A DNA stretch of 64,000 bases from Leucoraja erinacea (GCF_028641065.1 NC_073400.1:32798001-32862000), one strand, 5' to 3'; shown: positions 24,462 through 38,045, numbered from the stretch's first letter. Notes: a model not told the origin generated them from the sequence alone. Program-made: numbers and translations.

Positions 24462-25681
24462 GTCAGTTTAATCTATCATCATCTTCTTGTGAACAGCGCG
24501 CACAGTCTAAAGATGCGGCACAACTTGGTATACAACGCTAGGTTGATTGCATCCGTCGAAACCACGTGGAGGTTGCAATCTCCCACCCCAGTCTAGTCCA
24601 TGAGGGATAGGAACAGAATTAAACATAGAAGCATTCAGTAGTCAATAGACAATAGGTGCAGGAGTAGAGGCCATTCAGCCCTTCGAGCCAGCACCGCCAT
24701 CCAATGTGATCATGGCTGATCATCCACAATCAGTACCCCGTTCCTGCCTTCTCCCCATATCCCTTGATTCATATAAGATTGTTAAGGGCTTGGACACGCT
24801 GGAGGCTGGAAACATGTTGGGGGAGTCCACAACCAGGGGCCACAGTTGAAGAATAAGGGGTCGGCCATTTAGAACGGAGACGAGGAAACACTTTTTCTCA
24901 CAGAGAGTTGTGAGTCTGTGGAATTCTCTGCCTCAGAGGGCGGTGGAGGCCGGTTCTCTGGGTGCTTTCAAGAGAGAGCTAGATAGGGCTCTTAAAGATA
25001 GCGGAGTCAGGGGATATAGGGAGAAGGCAGGAACGGGGTACTGATTGGGGATGATCAGCCATGATCACATTGAATGGCGGTGCTGGCTCGAAGGGCCAAA
25101 TGGCCTCTACTCCTGCACCAATTGTCTATTGATTCCGTTAGCCCTTAGAGCTAGTTGTAGTCTCTGTTGGAGTCAATGTCTGCCGGGCCCTGACACAGCT
25201 CCATGTGGTGGGTGGGTAGAGCGGGCACCCAGAGATGACACGGTTGGCTGTGTGTTGTTCTGCTCCACATTCACAGGCTGGGCTCTGGTGGAGGGAGTCC
25301 CCATCTCCACACGCGGGCACTGAAACGCCCAACTCCAGGACCAAGTCTGTTGAGCTTCACCCACCCATGCTCATCTGGGGAGGTCACACCCGGGACAGCG
25401 TTTATCTGGTGATTAGATGTAGCTGTGTAATGGAGATGAGGTTGCCTTCCACTCCTGTGGCCACCTGTCTCTCCCTCTCCCTGAGTTTGCTCTGATTGGA
25501 ACCCGGGGATTTACAGTAATGGCCACTCGACAGTACTCGGGACTCTCATGGACATTTTTCATCATGTTGAAGAATCTTCACGAGTCCTCCCGTGCTTACC
25601 TGCCGTTAGCGCTAAGAGACGTCCCCGAGCTCCGACGAGCTCTTGGAATGAACTCGAACCGTGGGGCAGGGGTTTGACACT

Positions 25682-26170
25682 ATATAACCATATAACAATT
25701 ACAGCACGGAAACAGGCCATCTCGACCCTTCTAGTCCGTGCCGAACACGTATTCTCCCCTAGTCCCATCTACCTGCGCTCAGACCATAACCCTCCATTCC
25801 CTTCCCGTCCATATAACTATCCAATTTATTTTTAAATGATAAAAACGAACCTGCCTCCACCACCTTCACTGGAAGCTCATTCCACACAGCTACCACTCTC
25901 TGAGTAAAGAAGTTCCCCCTCATGTTACCCCTAAACTTCAGTCCCTTAATTCTCAAGTCATGTCCCCTTGTTTGAATCTTCCCTACTCTCAGTGGGAAAA
26001 GCTTTTCCACGTCAACTCTGTCTATCCCTCTCATCATTTTAAAAACCTATCAAGTCCCCCCTTAACCTTCTGCGCTCCAAAGAATAAAGCCCTAACTCGT
26101 TCAACCTTTCTCTGTAACTTAGTTGCTGAAACCCAGGCAACATTCTAGTAAATCTCCTCTGTACTCTCTC
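25682..26170 (-). mobile_element. Second CR1-like family 3' fragment (also about 31563-31862)
   Basis: LSYRERLNELGLYSLERRRLRGDL and FFTQRVV..WNELP, with a different 3' tail (ATATGGTT). Confidence 0.75.
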
Positions 26171-26288
26171 TGTTTTGTTGACACGTTGAGTATCTCCAGT
26201 ATCTGTGATTCGGTTACAAGCCACTCTGTGATTAAAAAGCCGCTCTGTATAAAACCCCCGGTGTGTGATTGCGATTGTCCGATTGCAG

Positions 26289-26407
26289 ATCTCATCGACC
26301 TCCAGAAGGGCCAGAGCAACAAGGTGCCCTCGTTTGAGATCTACCTGTGCTTCGGTGAGGAGTGGCCGGATGGCAGACCCAAGGACAGGAAGTTGATAAT
26401 GGTGCAG
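26289..26407 (+). CDS. IRF6: IRF6 penultimate exon
   Basis: gcag|[40 protein letters not shown]|gtaaca. 119 nt, phase 1-0. Confidence 0.95.
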
Positions 26408-26463
26408 GTAACAAAGAAACAGCTGCTGACCCAATTGATTTTGCAACTAATTCATGTGGTCAA

Positions 26464-27017
26464 GGTCACGGTGGCGCAGCGGGTAGAGCTGCTGCCTCAC
26501 AGCGCCAGAGACCCGGGTTCCATCCCGACTACGGGTGCTGTCTGTATGGAGTTTGCATGTTCTCCCCGTGGCCTGCGTGGGTTTTCTCCGAGATCTTCGG
26601 TTTCCTCCCACACTCCAAAGACGTACAGGTTTAGAAACATAGAAACGTAGAAATTAGGTGCAGGAGTAGGCCAGTCGGCCCTTCGAGCCTGCACCGCCAT
26701 TCAATATGATCATGGCTGATCATCCAACTCAGTATCCCGTACCTGCCTTCTCTCCATACCCCCTGATCCCTTAAGCCACAAGGGCCACATCTAACTCCCT
26801 CTTAAATATAGCCAATGAACTGTGGCCTCAACTACCCTCTGTGGCAGAGAGTTCCAGAGATTCACCACCAATTTGTAGGTTAATTGTCTTGGTGTAAATA
26901 TAAATTGTCCCCAGTGTGTGTGTAGGACAGTGTTAGTGTGCGGGGATCGCTGGTCGGCATGGTCCCGGTGGGCCGAAGGGCCTGTTTCCGCGCTGTATCT
27001 CTAAACTAAACTAAACT
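26464..27017 (+). mobile_element. tRNA-derived V-SINE (HE1-like) interrupted by a CR1 tail
   Basis: A-box GTGGCGCAGC.GG, B-box-like GGGTTC.ATCCC, central TGGAGTTTGCA.GTTCTCCCCGTG domain and CTAAA tail. Other copies at about 23750-24005 (-) and 30220-30520 (+). Confidence 0.75.
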
Positions 27018-28744
27018 GCAGGCATGGTGTTGAAGGCCGAGCTAGGTCGAACACTGGGATGTTCAATAACGCTATGCGACTTCACACGTTATAGTAGAAT
27101 CAGGCCATTCGGCCCATCCACTCCGCCATTCAATCATGGCTGATCTCTGCTTCCTAATCCCATTTTCCTGACACCCGTTCTAATCAAGAATCTGTCTATC
27201 TCTGCCTTAAAAATATCCACTGACTTGGCCTCCACAGCCGTCTGTGGCAATGAATTCCACAGATTCACCACCCACCTCCTTTCTAAAAGAACGTCCTTTA
27301 ATCCTGAGGCTGTGACCTCTATTCCTAGACTCTCCCACCAGTGGAAACATCCTCTCCACATCCACTCTATCCAGGCCTTTCACTATTGGGTAAGTTTCAC
27401 TGAGGCAACATGTATAAGGGTGTAAATCCCCAATGCTAGGTTTAGTTGAGTTAATTGTCCCGTGTAGCGAGGTGCAGTGAAAAGCTTTTGTTGCGCGCTA
27501 ACCAGTCAGCGGAAAGACAACACGTGATTACAATCGAGCCGTCCACAGTGTACAGATACAGGATAATGGATGTTATACCTTGTAAACAGTCTCAGTTGGT
27601 GTATTCCATCATTCCACTTACAAAGATAGACACAAAATGCTGGAGTAAGTAACCCAGCAGAACAGGCAGCATCTCCAGATAGAGGAAATGGGTGACATTT
27701 CGGGTCGAGACTCTTCTTCAGACAGTTTGATGAAGACCTATTCCTTCTACGCAGGGATGCTGCCCGTCCCGCTGAGTTACTCCAGCACTTTGTATCTATC
27801 TGCAGGGCTTTCCTACACATTCCACTTACAAAGCTGATTTAACCATTGACCAAACCATTATAAATGCTCGGTGCTACGATCAACGAAAGTGTCTGGTGTA
27901 TCCTGGTCGTAAAACTGTAACACAGAACTGAAATATCCCACTGGCAGCGCCAGAGACCCGGGTTCCACCCCGACCTCGGGTGCTGTCTGTGTGGAGTTTG
28001 CATGTTCTCCCTGTGAACTAGTGCTCCAGCTTCCACCAACATCCGAAAGGTGTGCGCATTTGTAGAGAGAGTTGTGAATCTGTGGAATTCTCTGCCACAG
28101 AGGGCAGTGGAGGCCAATTCACTGGATGTTTTCAAGAGAGAGCTCTTGGGGCTAACGGAATCATGGGATATGGGGAGAAAGCAGGAACGGGGTACCGATT
28201 GTGGATGATCAGCCATGATCGTATTGAATGGCGGTGCTGGCTTGAAGGGCCGAATGGCCTACTCCTGCTCCTATTGTCTATGTTTAATCGGCCCTCTGTA
28301 AATTGTCCTTGTGTGAAGAGAGTGGATGAGAAAGTGGGAAAACATAGGACTAGTTCCTTTGTCCCTCATCATGTATCTGTACACTGTGAACGGCTCGATT
28401 GTAATCATGTGTTGTCTTTCCGCTGACTGGTTAGCACGCAACAAAAGCTTTTCAATGTATTTGTCGGAAAAGAACTGCAGATGCTGGTTTAACTCGAAGT
28501 GAGACACAAAATGCCGGAGTAACTCAGCGGGACAGGCAGCGTATCAGACTGCAGAAGGGTCTCGACCCGAAAAATGCCGCCCATTCCTTCTCTCCAGGGA
28601 TGCTGCCCGTCCCGCTGAGTTCATTGCACCTTGGTACACGTGACAATAAACTGAACTGTAACTAGATGGTCAGCATTGACCCGGTGGGCCGAAGGGCCTG
28701 TTTCCGTACTGGTCTTCCCAGTCTGACTTGTGCATCTTCTGCAG

Positions 28745-28972
28745 GTTGTACCGATAGTCGCACGGATGATCTACGAGATGTTTACCGGGGAGATTACTCG
28801 CTCGTTTGACAGCGGCAGCATCCGGCTGCAGATCTCCACGCCGGACATCAAGGACAACATCGTGACCCACCTGAAACAGCTGTACCACCTGCTGCAGACC
28901 CCTCAGGGGCACGAACCCTGGCCCGTGCAGCCCCCAGTCATGCATATGGCAGCCCCACTGCCAGTGCAGTAA
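28745..28972 (+). CDS. IRF6: IRF6 last coding exon
   Basis: gcag|[47 protein letters not shown]...PLPVQ*, the IRF6 serine-rich C-terminal region. Confidence 0.95.
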   Translation, partial: VVPIVARMIYEMFTGEITRSFDSGSIRLQISTPDIKDNIVTHLKQLYHLLQTPQGHEPWPVQPPVMHMAAPLPVQ

Positions 28973-28994
28973 GCTGCACTGCTCCTCCACACAG

Positions 28995-29165
28995 CAGCAT
29001 TGCATCTGTTTTTGCAGCATTGCACGTTTTTGCTGCATCGCACGTTTTTGATGCATCGAACGTTTTTGCAGCATTGCATGTTTTGCAGCGATGCACCTGC
29101 CTTGCAGTGATGCACTTGCCTTGCAGCGATGCACCTGCTTTGCAGCAATGCAGCTGCCTTGCAAC
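28995..29165 (+). repeat. 18-19-bp TGCA-rich minisatellite just after the IRF6 stop codon
   Basis: About nine units such as ttttgcagcattgcacgt and cttgcagcgatgcacctgc. Confidence 0.8.
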
Positions 29166-30884
29166 AAGTCGCAAGTTCCAGCAAGTGAACTTTCTGCATT
29201 TCATCCACCGTGGTTGACAGGTTTGCCGTACCAGTGCCGTATCCCAGACTGTGCCAAAATGATTCCAACATTCCATTCGGCCCAGCTCCCAGAGAACGCT
29301 TAGTTCCACGTTTTGTGTACCTGTTCTCTATGCACCTCCAACCTTGGTGGGCAAGTCCATGCGTGACTGCCCAGCCCTGCAACAAACTAATTCCCATTCC
29401 GACAGTCCAAGCTAACGAGATTGGACTTTGTTCTTATCAAAAAAAAACCCCAGCCCAACTAGAGAGCAGGAGAGAGCATTTAACGTTGAGAACTATTAAC
29501 ATTCGTGTTTAACTAACGTGAACGCACTCATTGAGTGTCGTTTATTGACGTGCTCCAGAATAGAATCCTGTTAATGGAATCCTTTTTTTTTCTTTTTTTT
29601 TTCTTCTTTTACCAGTTCCAGCCTGTTGTGCCTCGAATATTTTCTATCTTAGTTTTTTTACCATAATACCAAAATAATGAAAGAATGAGAAGGTAAAACG
29701 ATCAAGAAGGAACTGCAGATGCTGGCAAATCGAAGGTAGACAAAAGTGCTGGAGTAACTCAGCGGGTGCAGCAGCATCTATGGAGCGAAGGAAGGAAATA
29801 GGCAACGTTTCGGGCCGAAACCCGTAAGGGTTTCGTCCCGAAACGTTGCCTATTTCCAGAAGGGTTTTCGTCTCGAAACGTTGCCTATTTCCAGAAGGAT
29901 TTCGTCCCGAAACGTTGCCTATATCCAGAAGGGTTTCGTCCCGAAACGTTGCCTATTTCCAGAAGGATTTCGTCCCGAAACGTTGCCTATTTCCTTCGCT
30001 CCATAGACGCTGCCGCTCCCGCTGAGTTTCTCCAGCATTTCTGTCTACCTTCCAGAAGATACAACGATCTTGGTTGTACAATTCGGATGCTGCTGTCGTT
30101 TTTGTTTTTTTAATTATGTAACTGAAAGTTGACCCCTTTTAAGTTTGGATGATTTACAAGATTTTGGTGGAGGGACTTTAATTGTTATTAACTACATTGT
30201 GAGTCGCTCGGTATAAAGCAGTGTTGCAGCGGGTAGGACCACTGCCCCGCAGCGCCAGACACCCGGGTTCAATCCCGGCCTCGGATGCTGTCTGTGTGGA
30301 GTTTGCACGTTCTCCCCATGACCGTGTGGGTTTCCTCCAGGAGCTCCGGTTTCCTCCCACATCCCAAAGACGTGCGGGTTTGTAGGTTCATCGGCCCCTC
30401 TGTAAATTGCCCGATAGTGTGTAGGGAGTGGATGCGAAAATGCTATTAGCAATTCTATCAACGGCCAGCATGGACTCGGTGGGCCGAAGGGCCTGTTTCC
30501 ATGCTGTATCTTTCAATCAATCTATAGACACGAGTTTTACACCTGTGGTACTGACCACGGTTCTTCTATACACAAGGATTTATTTTGTGCTTGGAGTGTA
30601 TGTTTGCATCGAAGATAGGCACAAAATGCTGGAGTAACTCAGCGGGACAGGCAGCATCTCTGAAGAGAAGGAATGGGTTGAGACCCTTCTTCAGTCTGAA
30701 ACGTCACCCATTCCTTCTCTCCAGAGATGCTGCTTGTCCCGCTGAGTTACTCCAGCATTTTGTGTCGATCTCTGGTTAAAACCAGCATCTGCAGTTCACT
30801 TCCTACATGTGTATGTTCGCATGTTGTATAATCTAGTGTGTGGCCAGAAGACTAGAAACAGTTGCCTCCACTCTTGTATCATTA

Positions 30885-31102
30885 GGGCCTGTCCCACTTA
30901 CGCGACCTTTTCCTGCACCAGTCACAGTCGCAGCAGGTCGCTGAATATCCAGCGGCGACCAGAACAAGGTGCGACTCTTTGGGGCGACTACTCACCACCG
31001 TACAGGCGTCACCCCTCGACGTGGCGAATTTCCAGAGACCTGCTGCGACTATGTCGGGTGCCGGCAAGTCGCCGAAAAAACTTGCGTAAGTGGGACAGAC
31101 CC
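30885..31102. mobile_element. MITE with about 19-bp terminal inverted repeats and TTA target duplication (PIF/Harbinger-like)
   Basis: tta|GGGCCTGTCCCACTTACGC ... GCGTAAGTGGGACAGACCC|tta. Confidence 0.75.
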
Positions 31103-32340
31103 TTAGTGTGTTACAGCCGCTGTTTACCGAATTCCAGGTCATGTTTAACTATCGACTACAAACACTAAGATAGCGTCTGGATGAGCCCGTTATGTTCTGA
31201 GAAGATTTTACAGTTAGGAATGTTTCAGGATTACATTGTAACCTGCAGAGACAACACTCGAAGCAAGAATACTAAACAATTATCTTTTAAGTTGCAGATT
31301 TTATTTTAGCAAATTATATAACTATATAAAACTACTGTGTGTAACACTGGGATTTAACTTTAATAAGCACGTTTTAAAAAAGTGATTTTTATGGATTCCA
31401 GTACTTGCTGTCTATCTGAAAGTACTGTCGTATTAAATTGTAACTTTAAAAAATCTTTTTATTGTACTGTGATTATTTACTGTAAGGTTTCAGTGGGTTC
31501 AGAATGCTCAGTGTGTGGACTGTCTTGTTTTCCCACAGCTAACAGCGGCCAGTATCATCATTCCATATAACCATATTACAATTACAGCACGGAAACAGGC
31601 CATCTTGGCCCTTCTAGTCCGTGCCGAACACTTATTCTCCCCTAGTCCCATCTACCTGCGCTCAGACCATAACCCTCCATTCCTTTCCCGTCCATATAAC
31701 TATCCAATTTAATTTTTAAATGATAAAATCGAACCTGCCTCCGCCACCTTCACTGGAAGCTCATTCCACACAGCTACCACTCTCTGAGTAAAGAAGTTCC
31801 CCCTCATGTTACCCCTAAACTTCAGTCCCTTAATTCTCAAGTCATGTCCCCTTGTTTGAATCTACGTTCCTTGTTTGCATATCTTTCATTAATTTGTTCT
31901 TTATCTCTCTACATCACTGTCTGTATCTCTCGTCTCCCTTTCCCCCGACTCTCAGTCTGAAGAGAGGTCTCCACCCGAAACGTCACCCATTCCTTTTCTC
32001 CACAGATGCTGCCTGACCCGCTGAGTTACTCCAGCACTCTGTGAAACGTCACCTATCCATGTTCTCCACAGATGCTGCCTGACCCACTGAGTTACTCTAG
32101 CACTCTGTGAAACGTCACCTATCCATGTTCTCCACAGATGCTGCCTGACCCACTGAGTTACTCCAGCACTCTGTGAAACGTCACCTATCCATGTTCTCCA
32201 CAGATGCTGCCTGACCCGCTGAGTTATGGTGCAGCAGCATCTATGGAGCTAAGGAAATAGGCAACGTTTCGGGCCAAAACCCTTCTGGATGGATTTAAGA
32301 GAGAGTTAGCGTTCACACAGAGGGTGGTGGGTGTATGGTA

Positions 32341-33415
32341 CATAGAAACATAGAAAATAGGTGCAGGAGGAGGCCATTCGGCCCTTCAAGCCAGCACCGC
32401 CATTCATTGTGATCATGGCTGATTGTCCCCTATAAATAACCTGTGCCTGCCTTCTCCCCATATCCCTTGAATCCACTAGCCCCTAGAGCTCTATCTAACT
32501 CTCTTAAATCCATCCGTGATTTGGCCTCCACTGCCCTCTGTGGCAGGGAATTCCACAAATTCACAACTCTCTGGGTGGAAAAGATTTTTCTCACCTCAGT
32601 CTTAAATGGCCTCCCCTTTATTCTAAGACTGTGGCCCCTGGTTCTGGACTCGCCCAACAATGGGAACATTTTTCCTGTATCTAGCTTGTCCAGTCCTTTT
32701 ATAATTTTATATGTTTCTATAAAGTTCCCCATCATCCTTCTAAACTCCAGTGAATACAAGCCTAGTTTTTCAATCTTTCCTCATATGACAGTCCCGCCAT
32801 CCCAGGGATCAATCTGGTGAACCTACGCTGCACTGCCTCAATCTCAAGGATGTACGTCTTCAAATTAGGAGACCAAAACTGTACGCAATACTCCAGATGT
32901 GGTCTCACCAGAGCCCTATACAACTGCAGAAGAACCACCTTACTCCTATACTGAAATCCTCTTGTCATGAAGGCCAACATTCCATTAGCTTTCTTCACTG
33001 CCTGCTGTACCTGCACGCCAACTTTCAGTGACCGGTGTACAAGGACGCCGAGGTCTCGCTGCACCACCCCCTAACCTAACCCCATTGAGATAATAATCTG
33101 CCCCCTTGTTTTTGCCACCAAAGTGGATAACCTCACATTTATCTACATTATACTGCACCTGCCACGCATCTGCCCACTCACTCAACCTGTCCAGGTCACC
33201 CTGCAACCTCTTAACATCCTCTTCACAGTTCACACTGCCACCCAGCTTTGTGTCATCCGTAAACTTGCTAGTGTTGCTCCTAATTCCCTCTTCCAAATCA
33301 TTAATATATACGGTAAATAGTTGCGGCCCCAACACCGAGCCTTGCGGCACTCCACTCGCCACTGCCTGCCATTCTGAAAAGGACCCGTTCACTCCTACTC
33401 TTTGCTTCCTGTCCA
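32341..33415 (-). mobile_element. 5'-truncated CR1-type LINE (longest of many fragments)
   Basis: SGVPQGSVLGPQLF, KFTDDTKL, LQGDLD, LVRPHLEYCVQFWSP and QRVVNLWNSLP across frameshifted ORFs; TTTCTATG 3' tail. Confidence 0.9.
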
Positions 33416-34138
33416 GCTGCCAGAGGAGGCCTTCTCTAATTTCAGGTAGTCCTTGCTTTCTCCCTTCTTCCCCTCCCCCTTCCCGGCTCTCCCACACAGC
33501 CTACTGTTGCCGCCACTTCCTTTCTTGTTACTGCCCCGCCAACATCAGTCTGAAGAAGGGTCTCGACCCAAAACGTCACATACTCCTTTTCTCCATAGAT
33601 GCTGCCTCACCCGCTGAGTTTCTCCAGCATTTTTTGTCTACTGCCAGAGGAGGTAGTTGAGGCTAGGACTATCCCAACGTTTAACAAACAGTTAGACAGG
33701 TACATCGATAGGACAGGTTTGGAGGGATTTGCACCACACGCTGGCAGGTGGGACTAGTGTAGCTGGGACATTGTTGGCCAGTGTGGGCAAGTTGGGCTGA
33801 AGGGCCTGTTTCCGTGCTGTATCTATGACTGGTGTAGCTGGGACATTATTGGCCAGTATGGGCAAGTTGCGCCGAAGGGCCTGTTTCCACACTGCATCAC
33901 TCTATGACTCTGTTTAAGATTTTGACCTACACCCAGAAGTGTACAATGTTGAAATTGCTTTTACTGGAAGTGGTGTTTTGGCATTTGGGTAGCAGCCTGA
34001 TCGAGCTATTGATTAACTAGATATTTGCGGTAAATAAAACCAGTGGCCTCACTGACAAAATATTGATCAGCATCCGTTTCAAAACCATTCCTCGCGAATC
34101 CTCCGTCGTCTTTCACAGCCCGAGGAAAAGATTGAGGA

Positions 34139-34211
34139 ATGAACATGAATGCAAGGGTGAAAAGCAGAGAAGTCATCGTCCTGCTTTACCTGTGCGGACA
34201 GGTGAACTGCT
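34139..34211 (+). CDS. Unassigned Gla-domain protein copy A, exon 1 (putative signal peptide)
   Basis: MNMNARVKSREVIVLLYLCGQVNC-T|gtaagt. 73 nt; the phase-1 donor matches the phase-1 acceptor of the Gla exon. Hydrophobic core is short. Confidence 0.65.
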
Positions 34212-34754
34212 GTAAGTAACTGTAAACACCATTTAAGGTAGACAAAAATGCTGGAGAAACTCAATTGGATGAGGCAGCATCTGTGGAGCGAAGGAATAGG
34301 TGGCGTTTCGGCCCTCCAGCCTTTGACCTCATTGAAACATATAGAACAGTCTTCTTGTTCAAGAAGGAACTGCAGATGCTGGAAAATCGAAGGTACACAA
34401 AATTGCTGGAGAAACTCAGCGGGTGCAGCAGCATCTATGGAGCGAAGGAAATAGGCAACGTTTCGGGCCGAAACCCTTCCGGGTTTCGGCCCGAAACGTT
34501 ACCTATTTCCAGAAGGGTTTCGTCCCGAAACGTTGCCTATTTCCTTCGCTCCATAGATGCTGCTGCACCCGCTGAGTTTCTCCAGCAATTTTGTGTACCT
34601 TAGAACAGTCTTCTTGGGTATGGCGTGCACAGCCTAAAGTTGTCGGACAACTTGTTCTATTTGATCTTATTTGATTGTGCACACTGAGTTGATTGCATTC
34701 GCCGAAACAGGGCGGACCAGGTGAAGATTGCAATCTCCCACCCCATATAGTATA

Positions 34755-35179
34755 GAAACATAGAAATTAGGTGCAGGAGTAGGCCATTCAGCCCTTCGAG
34801 CCTGCACCGCCATTCAATATGATCATGGCTGATCATCCAACTCAGTATCCCGTACCTGCCTTCTCTCCATACCCCTTGATCCCCTTAGCCACATCTAACT
34901 CCCTCTTAAATATAGCCAATGAACTGGCCTCAACTGCCCTCTGTGGCAGAGAGTTCCAGAGATTCACCACTCTCTGTGTGAAAAAAGTTCTTCTCATCTC
35001 GGTTTTAAAGGATTTTCCCCTTATCCTTAAGCTGTGACCCCTTGTCCTGGACTTCCCCAACATCGGGAGCAATCTTCCTGCATCTAGCCTGTCCAACCCC
35101 TTAAGAATTTTGTAAGTTTCTATAAGATCCCCTCTCAATCTCCTAAATTCTAGAGAGTATAAACCAAGTCTATCCAGTC
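34755..35179 (-). mobile_element. CR1 3' fragment present only in duplicate copy A (intron 1)
   Basis: Copy B reads atatagtata-atgaaagg uninterrupted (about 56381-56398). TATA flanks both sides in copy A. Confidence 0.88.
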
Positions 35180-35551
35180 TATAATGAAAGGCCTGGATAG
35201 AGTGGATATGGAGAGGATGTTTCCACTATTGGGAGAGTCTAGGACTAGAGGTCACAGCCTCAGAATTGAAGGACGTTCCTTTAGGAAGGAGATAAGGTGG
35301 AATTTCTTTAGGGTGGTGAATCTGTGGAATTCTTTGCCACAGACGGCTGTGGAGGCCACAAGTCAGTGGATATTTTTAAGGCAGAAATAGATAGATTCTC
35401 GATTAGTGCGGGTGTCAGGGGTTAGGGGGAGAAGGCAGGAGAATGGGGTTGGGAGGGAGAGATAGATCAGCCGTGATTGAATGGCGGAGTAGACTCGATG
35501 GGCCGAATGGCCTAATTCTGCTCCTATCCCTTCTGACCTTTCCTCCCTCAG

Positions 35552-35712
35552 TGTTCGTGCAGAAGCCGGTGGCCAACAGCTTCCTGTCGCGGGTACGCAG
35601 AGCTAACGCTGGTCTGGAGGAGTTGCTAGGCAGCAACCTGGAGAGGGAATGCTTCGAGGAGATCTGCTCCAAGGAAGAGGCCCTGGAGCATTTCGAAGAT
35701 GATCAAAAAACG
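35552..35712 (+). CDS. Gla protein copy A, exon 2 (propeptide and Gla domain)
   Basis: cag|[53 protein letters not shown]|gtgagg. F-16, A-10, L-6, R-4, R-1 carboxylase/furin pattern and LERECxEExC motif. 161 nt, phase 1-0. Confidence 0.93.
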
Positions 35713-36641
35713 GTGAGGCACAGAGCCATAGAGCGTGGAAACAGGCCCTTCGGCCCATCTCTCTCATGTACACGGCTCTCAGAAATGTTGCTATGGTCAC
35801 AAGGAATAGGTGTAGAATTAGGCCATTCGGCCCATCAAGTCTACTCTGCTATTCAATCATGGCTGATCTATCTCTCCTAATCCAATTCTCCTGCCTGCTC
35901 CCCATAAACTCTGACACCCGCACTAATCAAGAACCTATCGAGTCGTAGAGTCATAGAGTGATACAGTGTGGAAACAGGCCCTTCGGCCCACCTTGCCCAT
36001 GCCGTCCAACATGTCCCAGCTACACTAGGCAGACTGAGTGGTGCAGTGTGGAAACAGGTCCTTCGGCCCAACTTGCCCACACTGGTCAACATGTCCCAGC
36101 TACACTAGTCCCACCTGCCCATGTTTGGTCCATATCCCTACAAACCTGTCCTATCCATGTACCTGTCTAACTGTTCTTAAATGTTGGGATAGTCCCTGCC
36201 TCAACTACCTCCTCTGGCAGCTCGTTCAACACACCCACCACCCTCTGTGTGGGAAAATAGATTCCTATTAAATCTTTTCCCTTTCACCTTGGACCTATGT
36301 CCTCTGGTGCTCTGGTTTTCTCCCACATTCCAAAGGGTTGTAGGTTAATTGGCTTCTGTAAATTGTCTCCTTAGTGTGTGTAGGACAGTAGGTAGTTAGT
36401 GTAGGTGGTGTCATGATGTATGGGTGATCCTTTGGCCATAAGGAATAGTAGAATGAGGCCATTCGGCCCATCAAATCCACCACCATTCAATCATGGCTGA
36501 TCTATCTCTTCTCCTAACCCCATTCTCTTGTCTTCTCCCCATAATCTCTGCCACTTGAACTAAACAAGAATAGAGAGATTAAACGAGTACTTACCAGTAC
36601 GAAGTTTGATCTGTATTTTATGAGGAGTTACGATGAGGGAT

Positions 36642-36677
36642 TACGTGAAGAACCCACCCAGTGCGCAGGCGCGGCAT
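36642..36677. repeat. DIRS inverted terminal repeat (partner at 41313-41348)
   Basis: tacgtgaagaacccacccagtgcgcaggcgcggcat is the exact reverse complement of 41313-41348. Confidence 0.93.
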
Positions 36678-36793
36678 ACTTCCAAGCAGCGGTGTGGAAT
36701 CACAGGTAGACACAATATATGAAGTAAAGATAGTAAAGATTAAAGAGACATCAGCTCGAGTTTGATCCATATACTGAGGGTGGGAGCGGAGGG

Positions 36794-36906
36794 CACGTAA
36801 TCCCTCATCGTAACTCCTCATAAAATACAGATCAAACTTCGTACTGGTAAGTACTCGTTTAATCTCTCTATTTTACTTCGGAGTCACGTGAGTGACTACG
36901 TGAAGA
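36794..36906. repeat. DIRS internal complementary region (ICR)
   Basis: First part is the reverse complement of the left terminus (about 36569-36647). Second part is the reverse complement of the right terminus (about 41339-41375). The two are joined through ATT. Confidence 0.93.
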
Positions 36907-37066
36907 CTTCAAAGATCTGTGATTTCAAACCGTGTAACAGCTATATCACTCGCTGCCGAAGTTATCGAGGGAGGAAGTGGTATCTAAAGACCAACGAATC
37001 TGTTTGTTTTTTGAAAACAAAAATGTTTATTAAACAATAACAAAAATAGCTCCCTTGGGCTTAAAA

Positions 37067-37991
37067 TTATAAGTTTGCAGTTTCTAAAATTTTCTCTGCA
37101 AACAAGTCTTTCTGCATCAGCGGTTTATGATAAAATATCCGGAACGTTGATTCCCTTGACCATCCTGCTGTGCTTAGGATGTGGTCGATGGGAACATCCA
37201 TCCGTTCCGCAGCTGATGTAGATGCTGCCCTGATAGAATGGGATTTAAAAACATCAGTGTTAATCCCTGCAGCTTTCAGGACCTGTTTTTAACCACCTGG
37301 ATATAGTTTGGCTGGTTACCCGTCCAAAAGGCTTCTTGTGGCTGACCCATAAGGCTTTTTCACTCCCTCTAAGTGTATGGGTTGTGTCTACATAGTTGTA
37401 TAAATGGGTCACTACACAGAGCCTAGGTTCTGGAGGGTAGGCCCGGAAGATTAATGGCGAGTTGGACATACCTGGCCTGGTTTGTTTAACTAACCCCGGC
37501 ATAGTAAATGTGATGCAGTCTGGGGTAGTTACCATGTTGTCCAGTCGTAGTTGATGTAGTGACTGGACCCTTTGTGCAGAGACGAGCGCCATTAGCATGA
37601 TGGTCTTGAGCGTGGATTGCTCTAGACTGAGGGATCCCACCGGTGGCCATCCTCTGAGGTGTGATAGCACGACACTTATATCCCATACATGGGTATACCT
37701 GGGTGTAGGGGGTTTGATATTGTAAATCCCCTTGAGGAGTTTTATGACTAGCGGGTGGGACCCGATGCTATGGTGTCCTGTTGGCATAAGATAAGCAGAC
37801 AGGGCACTTCGTGCTGCATTGACGGCACTGTAGCTCATCTTCTGGTCATGGTGTAAATGGGCCAGGAACTCCAACACGTCCGTGATTGTGGCTTTCTTAT
37901 ACGACGTCCCTGCATCCAAGCAGCACTGCTCCCATTTCTTGATGTATGTCAGGTACTGCTTCTTGGTTGAGTCTCGCAGGGATGCCGACAT
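37067..37991 (-). CDS. DIRS ORF3 tyrosine recombinase, with one +1 frameshift in an A-run at about 37286-37290
   Basis: R.ST..QY and SAQRV in the listed ORF. After removing one A it continues WLKQVLKAAGI...HSIRAASTS...AGWS..STF..FY..., giving the R, HxxR, W and Y catalytic set and ending at TAA 37067-37069. Confidence 0.92.
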
Positions 37992-38045
37992 GGTGGTGAT
38001 AGTTCTTTCTGATAAACCCAGTTCCTGGTAAGGCCTGGTTAAAAC

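Noticed and set aside
26464-26540. tRNA gene
   Set aside because: A/B-box head of a SINE that continues into the SINE body; no complete cloverleaf.
14471-28972. IRF5 instead of IRF6
   Set aside because: [19 protein letters not shown] and [22 protein letters not shown], plus the C1orf74 neighbour, point to IRF6.
28670-29512. Cys/Gln-rich ORFs overlapping the IRF6 end
   Set aside because: Products of the TGCA minisatellite and antisense reading of the last exon.
35552-35712. Naming the Gla gene as F10, F7, PROS1, GAS6 or PRRG
   Set aside because: No EGF, kringle, protease, LamG, transmembrane or PPxY exons are visible downstream, so no symbol is supportable.
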